Position numbers and translations under genes: made by a program
Assembly: GCA_963706575.1 (NCBI GenBank)
Contig: CAVPNL010000003.1
Coordinates: forward strand, 1 to 64,000
Source of the DNA: an uncultured delta proteobacterium
Lineage (GTDB): Bacteria; Desulfobacterota; Desulfobacteria; Desulfobacterales; JAHEIW01
Length of the DNA stretch: 64,000 bases
Direction: 5' to 3'
Part shown: in pieces, positions 62,285 to 64,000 of the stretch
Numbering within the stretch: the first letter of the stretch is position 1
How the letters are laid out: each line of letters opens with the position of its first letter
Notes under the pieces: model-generated
Told to the model about the DNA's origin: nothing
What the model saw: the letters and a program-made list of their open reading frames with translations, nothing else
The model's database searches: none

Positions 62285-63046
62285 TTAAGCCGTCAAACCA
62301 CCGTCGACCATATAAACACCACCGGTGCAATACCGGCTTTCATCGCCTGCAAGAAAGAGCATCAGTGTGGCAACTTCCTCGGGTGTTCCGTATCGTTTTA
62401 GCGCGGTTCCGGACGTGATAACCTTTTTCCCTTTTTCCGGATTTCGGAGATAATAGCTGCTTTCAAGGAATCGAACCATTGGTGTTTCGATAGGCCCGGG
62501 ATTGACAGTGTTAACACGGATGCCCATGGCGCCGCATTCTATGGCGGCCGAGCGCATGATGCCGATTACGGCATGTTTACTGGCAACGTAAGCCGACATT
62601 CCTATGCCGCCTCTTAAACCGGCCACCGATGAGGTGATGATGATGCTGCCGCCGCGTTCCTGCATTTGCGGTATGACAAATTTTATTCCAAGCCAGACAC
62701 CGCGTACATTGACGGCCATCACTTTATCAAAGTTATCAACCGACAGCTCGCTAATCGGCATAACATCACCGGTGATGCCGGCATTATTGACGAATATATC
62801 GATTCCGCCAAAGCGGTCGACGGCCGTATCGATATACCGCTGTACCTGCTCCGGGCGGGTTACATCGGCGACGGTATAATCGACAGCATCGCTGCCGATA
62901 GCCTCTACTGCTTGCCGGAGAATCTCTTCATCGAGGTCCACCAGCAAGACCTTAGCGCCTTCGAGCGCGAAAATCTTTCCGGCTGCAAGGCCGATTCCGC
63001 CGCTGCCGCCTGTAATGACGGCCACCTTGTCTTTAAGTCTTGTCAT
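62285..63046 (-). CDS. Short-chain dehydrogenase/reductase
   Basis: TGGSGGIG, NNAGI and YVASK motifs. Confidence 0.95.
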   Translation of the reverse strand: MTRLKDKVAVITGGSGGIGLAAGKIFALEGAKVLLVDLDEEILRQAVEAIGSDAVDYTVADVTRPEQVQRYIDTAVDRFGGIDIFVNNAGITGDVMPISELSVDNFDKVMAVNVRGVWLGIKFVIPQMQERGGSIIITSSVAGLRGGIGMSAYVASKHAVIGIMRSAAIECGAMGIRVNTVNPGPIETPMVRFLESSYYLRNPEKGKKVITSGTALKRYGTPEEVATLMLFLAGDESRYCTGGVYMVDGGLTA

Positions 63047-63204
63047 TGTTTCGCCTGGTTCCTGGATGCGGGCATAGGTATTGGTGGTAGTTTTAAACCA
63101 ATCACCCCGGATAACCGCTCCCGGTTAGATCCTCGATCCCGGACCGATCTCAACATTTGTTGATAGAGAACAGCGCCTGCGAGTTAATATTTTATTAGAC
63201 TGGA

Positions 63205-64000
63205 TCACGATACCATGCGGTCCTTGCCTTTCCAGAATTTGGTGCGCATTGCTTTTTTATCCAGTTTGCCTAAATTCGTCAGCGGAATCTCATCCCAGAA
63301 CTCCACGGTTTTCGGGGCCATCATGCTTCCCTTGCGTTCTTTGACAAACCGGATCAACTCCTCCTGAGTTGTGTTTTGGCCTTCGTGCAAAACCACCAGG
63401 GCTTTTACCTCCTCTCCCCACTTCTCATGGGGCACCCCGATGACGGCCGCACCTTTGACCGCCGGGTGCTCAAACAAGACATCTTCGATTTCGCGCGGAA
63501 AGATGTTAAATCCGCCGCTGACGATCATGTCCTTCTTGCGATCTACGATGTAGAGGAAACCCTCTTCATCCTGCCTGGCAATGTCGCCGCTGTGCAGCCA
63601 GCCGTCTTTGATGGTTTCAGCCGTGGCCTCAGGATTCTTGAAATATCCGGACATAATATTGGCACAGCGTACCACGACTTCACCGGGTTCTCCGCGTTTG
63701 ACCTCCACTCCGTTTTCATCCACAAGTTTGATTTCGGCATGAAAGGTGGGCCGACCCGCGGAACTGAGAACTTCTTTTTCGCGTTGCGGATCTGCGACGA
63801 TATGCTCTTCTCTGGAAAGCGCGCTGAACATCATGGGTGCTTCGGTCTGCCCGAAGAGCTGGGTAAAAATAGGGCCAAACGTATTCAAGGCCTGTTTGAG
63901 ACGTTCCGGTGCAATCGCCGATGCGCCGTAAATAATGTTGCGCAAGCTGCTGAGGTCATATTCTTTCAGGTCAGGGTAGTCCAGCAGAACATAAATCATG
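63205..64000 (-). CDS. Long-chain acyl-CoA synthetase (3' part; starts beyond the window)
   Basis: FGQTE, GWLHSGD, DRKKDMIVSGG and GKLDK motifs. Confidence 0.93.
   Translation of the reverse strand, partial: MIYVLLDYPDLKEYDLSSLRNIIYGASAIAPERLKQALNTFGPIFTQLFGQTEAPMMFSALSREEHIVADPQREKEVLSSAGRPTFHAEIKLVDENGVEVKRGEPGEVVVRCANIMSGYFKNPEATAETIKDGWLHSGDIARQDEEGFLYIVDRKKDMIVSGGFNIFPREIEDVLFEHPAVKGAAVIGVPHEKWGEEVKALVVLHEGQNTTQEELIRFVKERKGSMMAPKTVEFWDEIPLTNLGKLDKKAMRTKFWKGKDRMVS

Noticed and set aside
1..64000. CRISPR array, rRNA, transposase/integrase or prophage genes
   Set aside because: No regularly spaced repeats or recognisable motifs of these classes were seen.

Overview
Bacterial chromosomal segment, probably from a deltaproteobacterium (Desulfobacterales-like; inferred from protein families only). 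Positions 1-44.4 kb are one AT-rich polysaccharide locus, all on the minus strand. It holds an ExeA-like ATPase, a split Wzc-type kinase/co-polymerase pair, an outer-membrane beta-barrel, Wza, WecA, nine glycosyltransferases, a Wzy/O-antigen-ligase-like protein, Wzm/Wzt and CDP-sugar genes (rfbF, rfbG, rfbC). It also has an unusually rich set of modifying and degrading enzymes. Three sigma-54 promoters are visible. Two of them share tandem enhancer-like boxes and long leaders with three common sequence blocks. A divergent tRNA-Pro(CGG) at 45.6 kb marks the change to a more GC-balanced housekeeping region. That region contains items the ORF track misses: a probable DsbA/FrnE-type selenoprotein (in-frame TGA, UxxC), one or two candidate anti-Shine-Dalgarno small RNAs, a 52-aa ribbon-helix-helix gene and an 86-bp MITE-like element. 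About 18 frameshifts, many at homopolymer runs and some in housekeeping genes, suggest an error-prone long-read assembly, so split ORFs are reported as single reconstructed genes. All calls come from motif reading; no searches were run.
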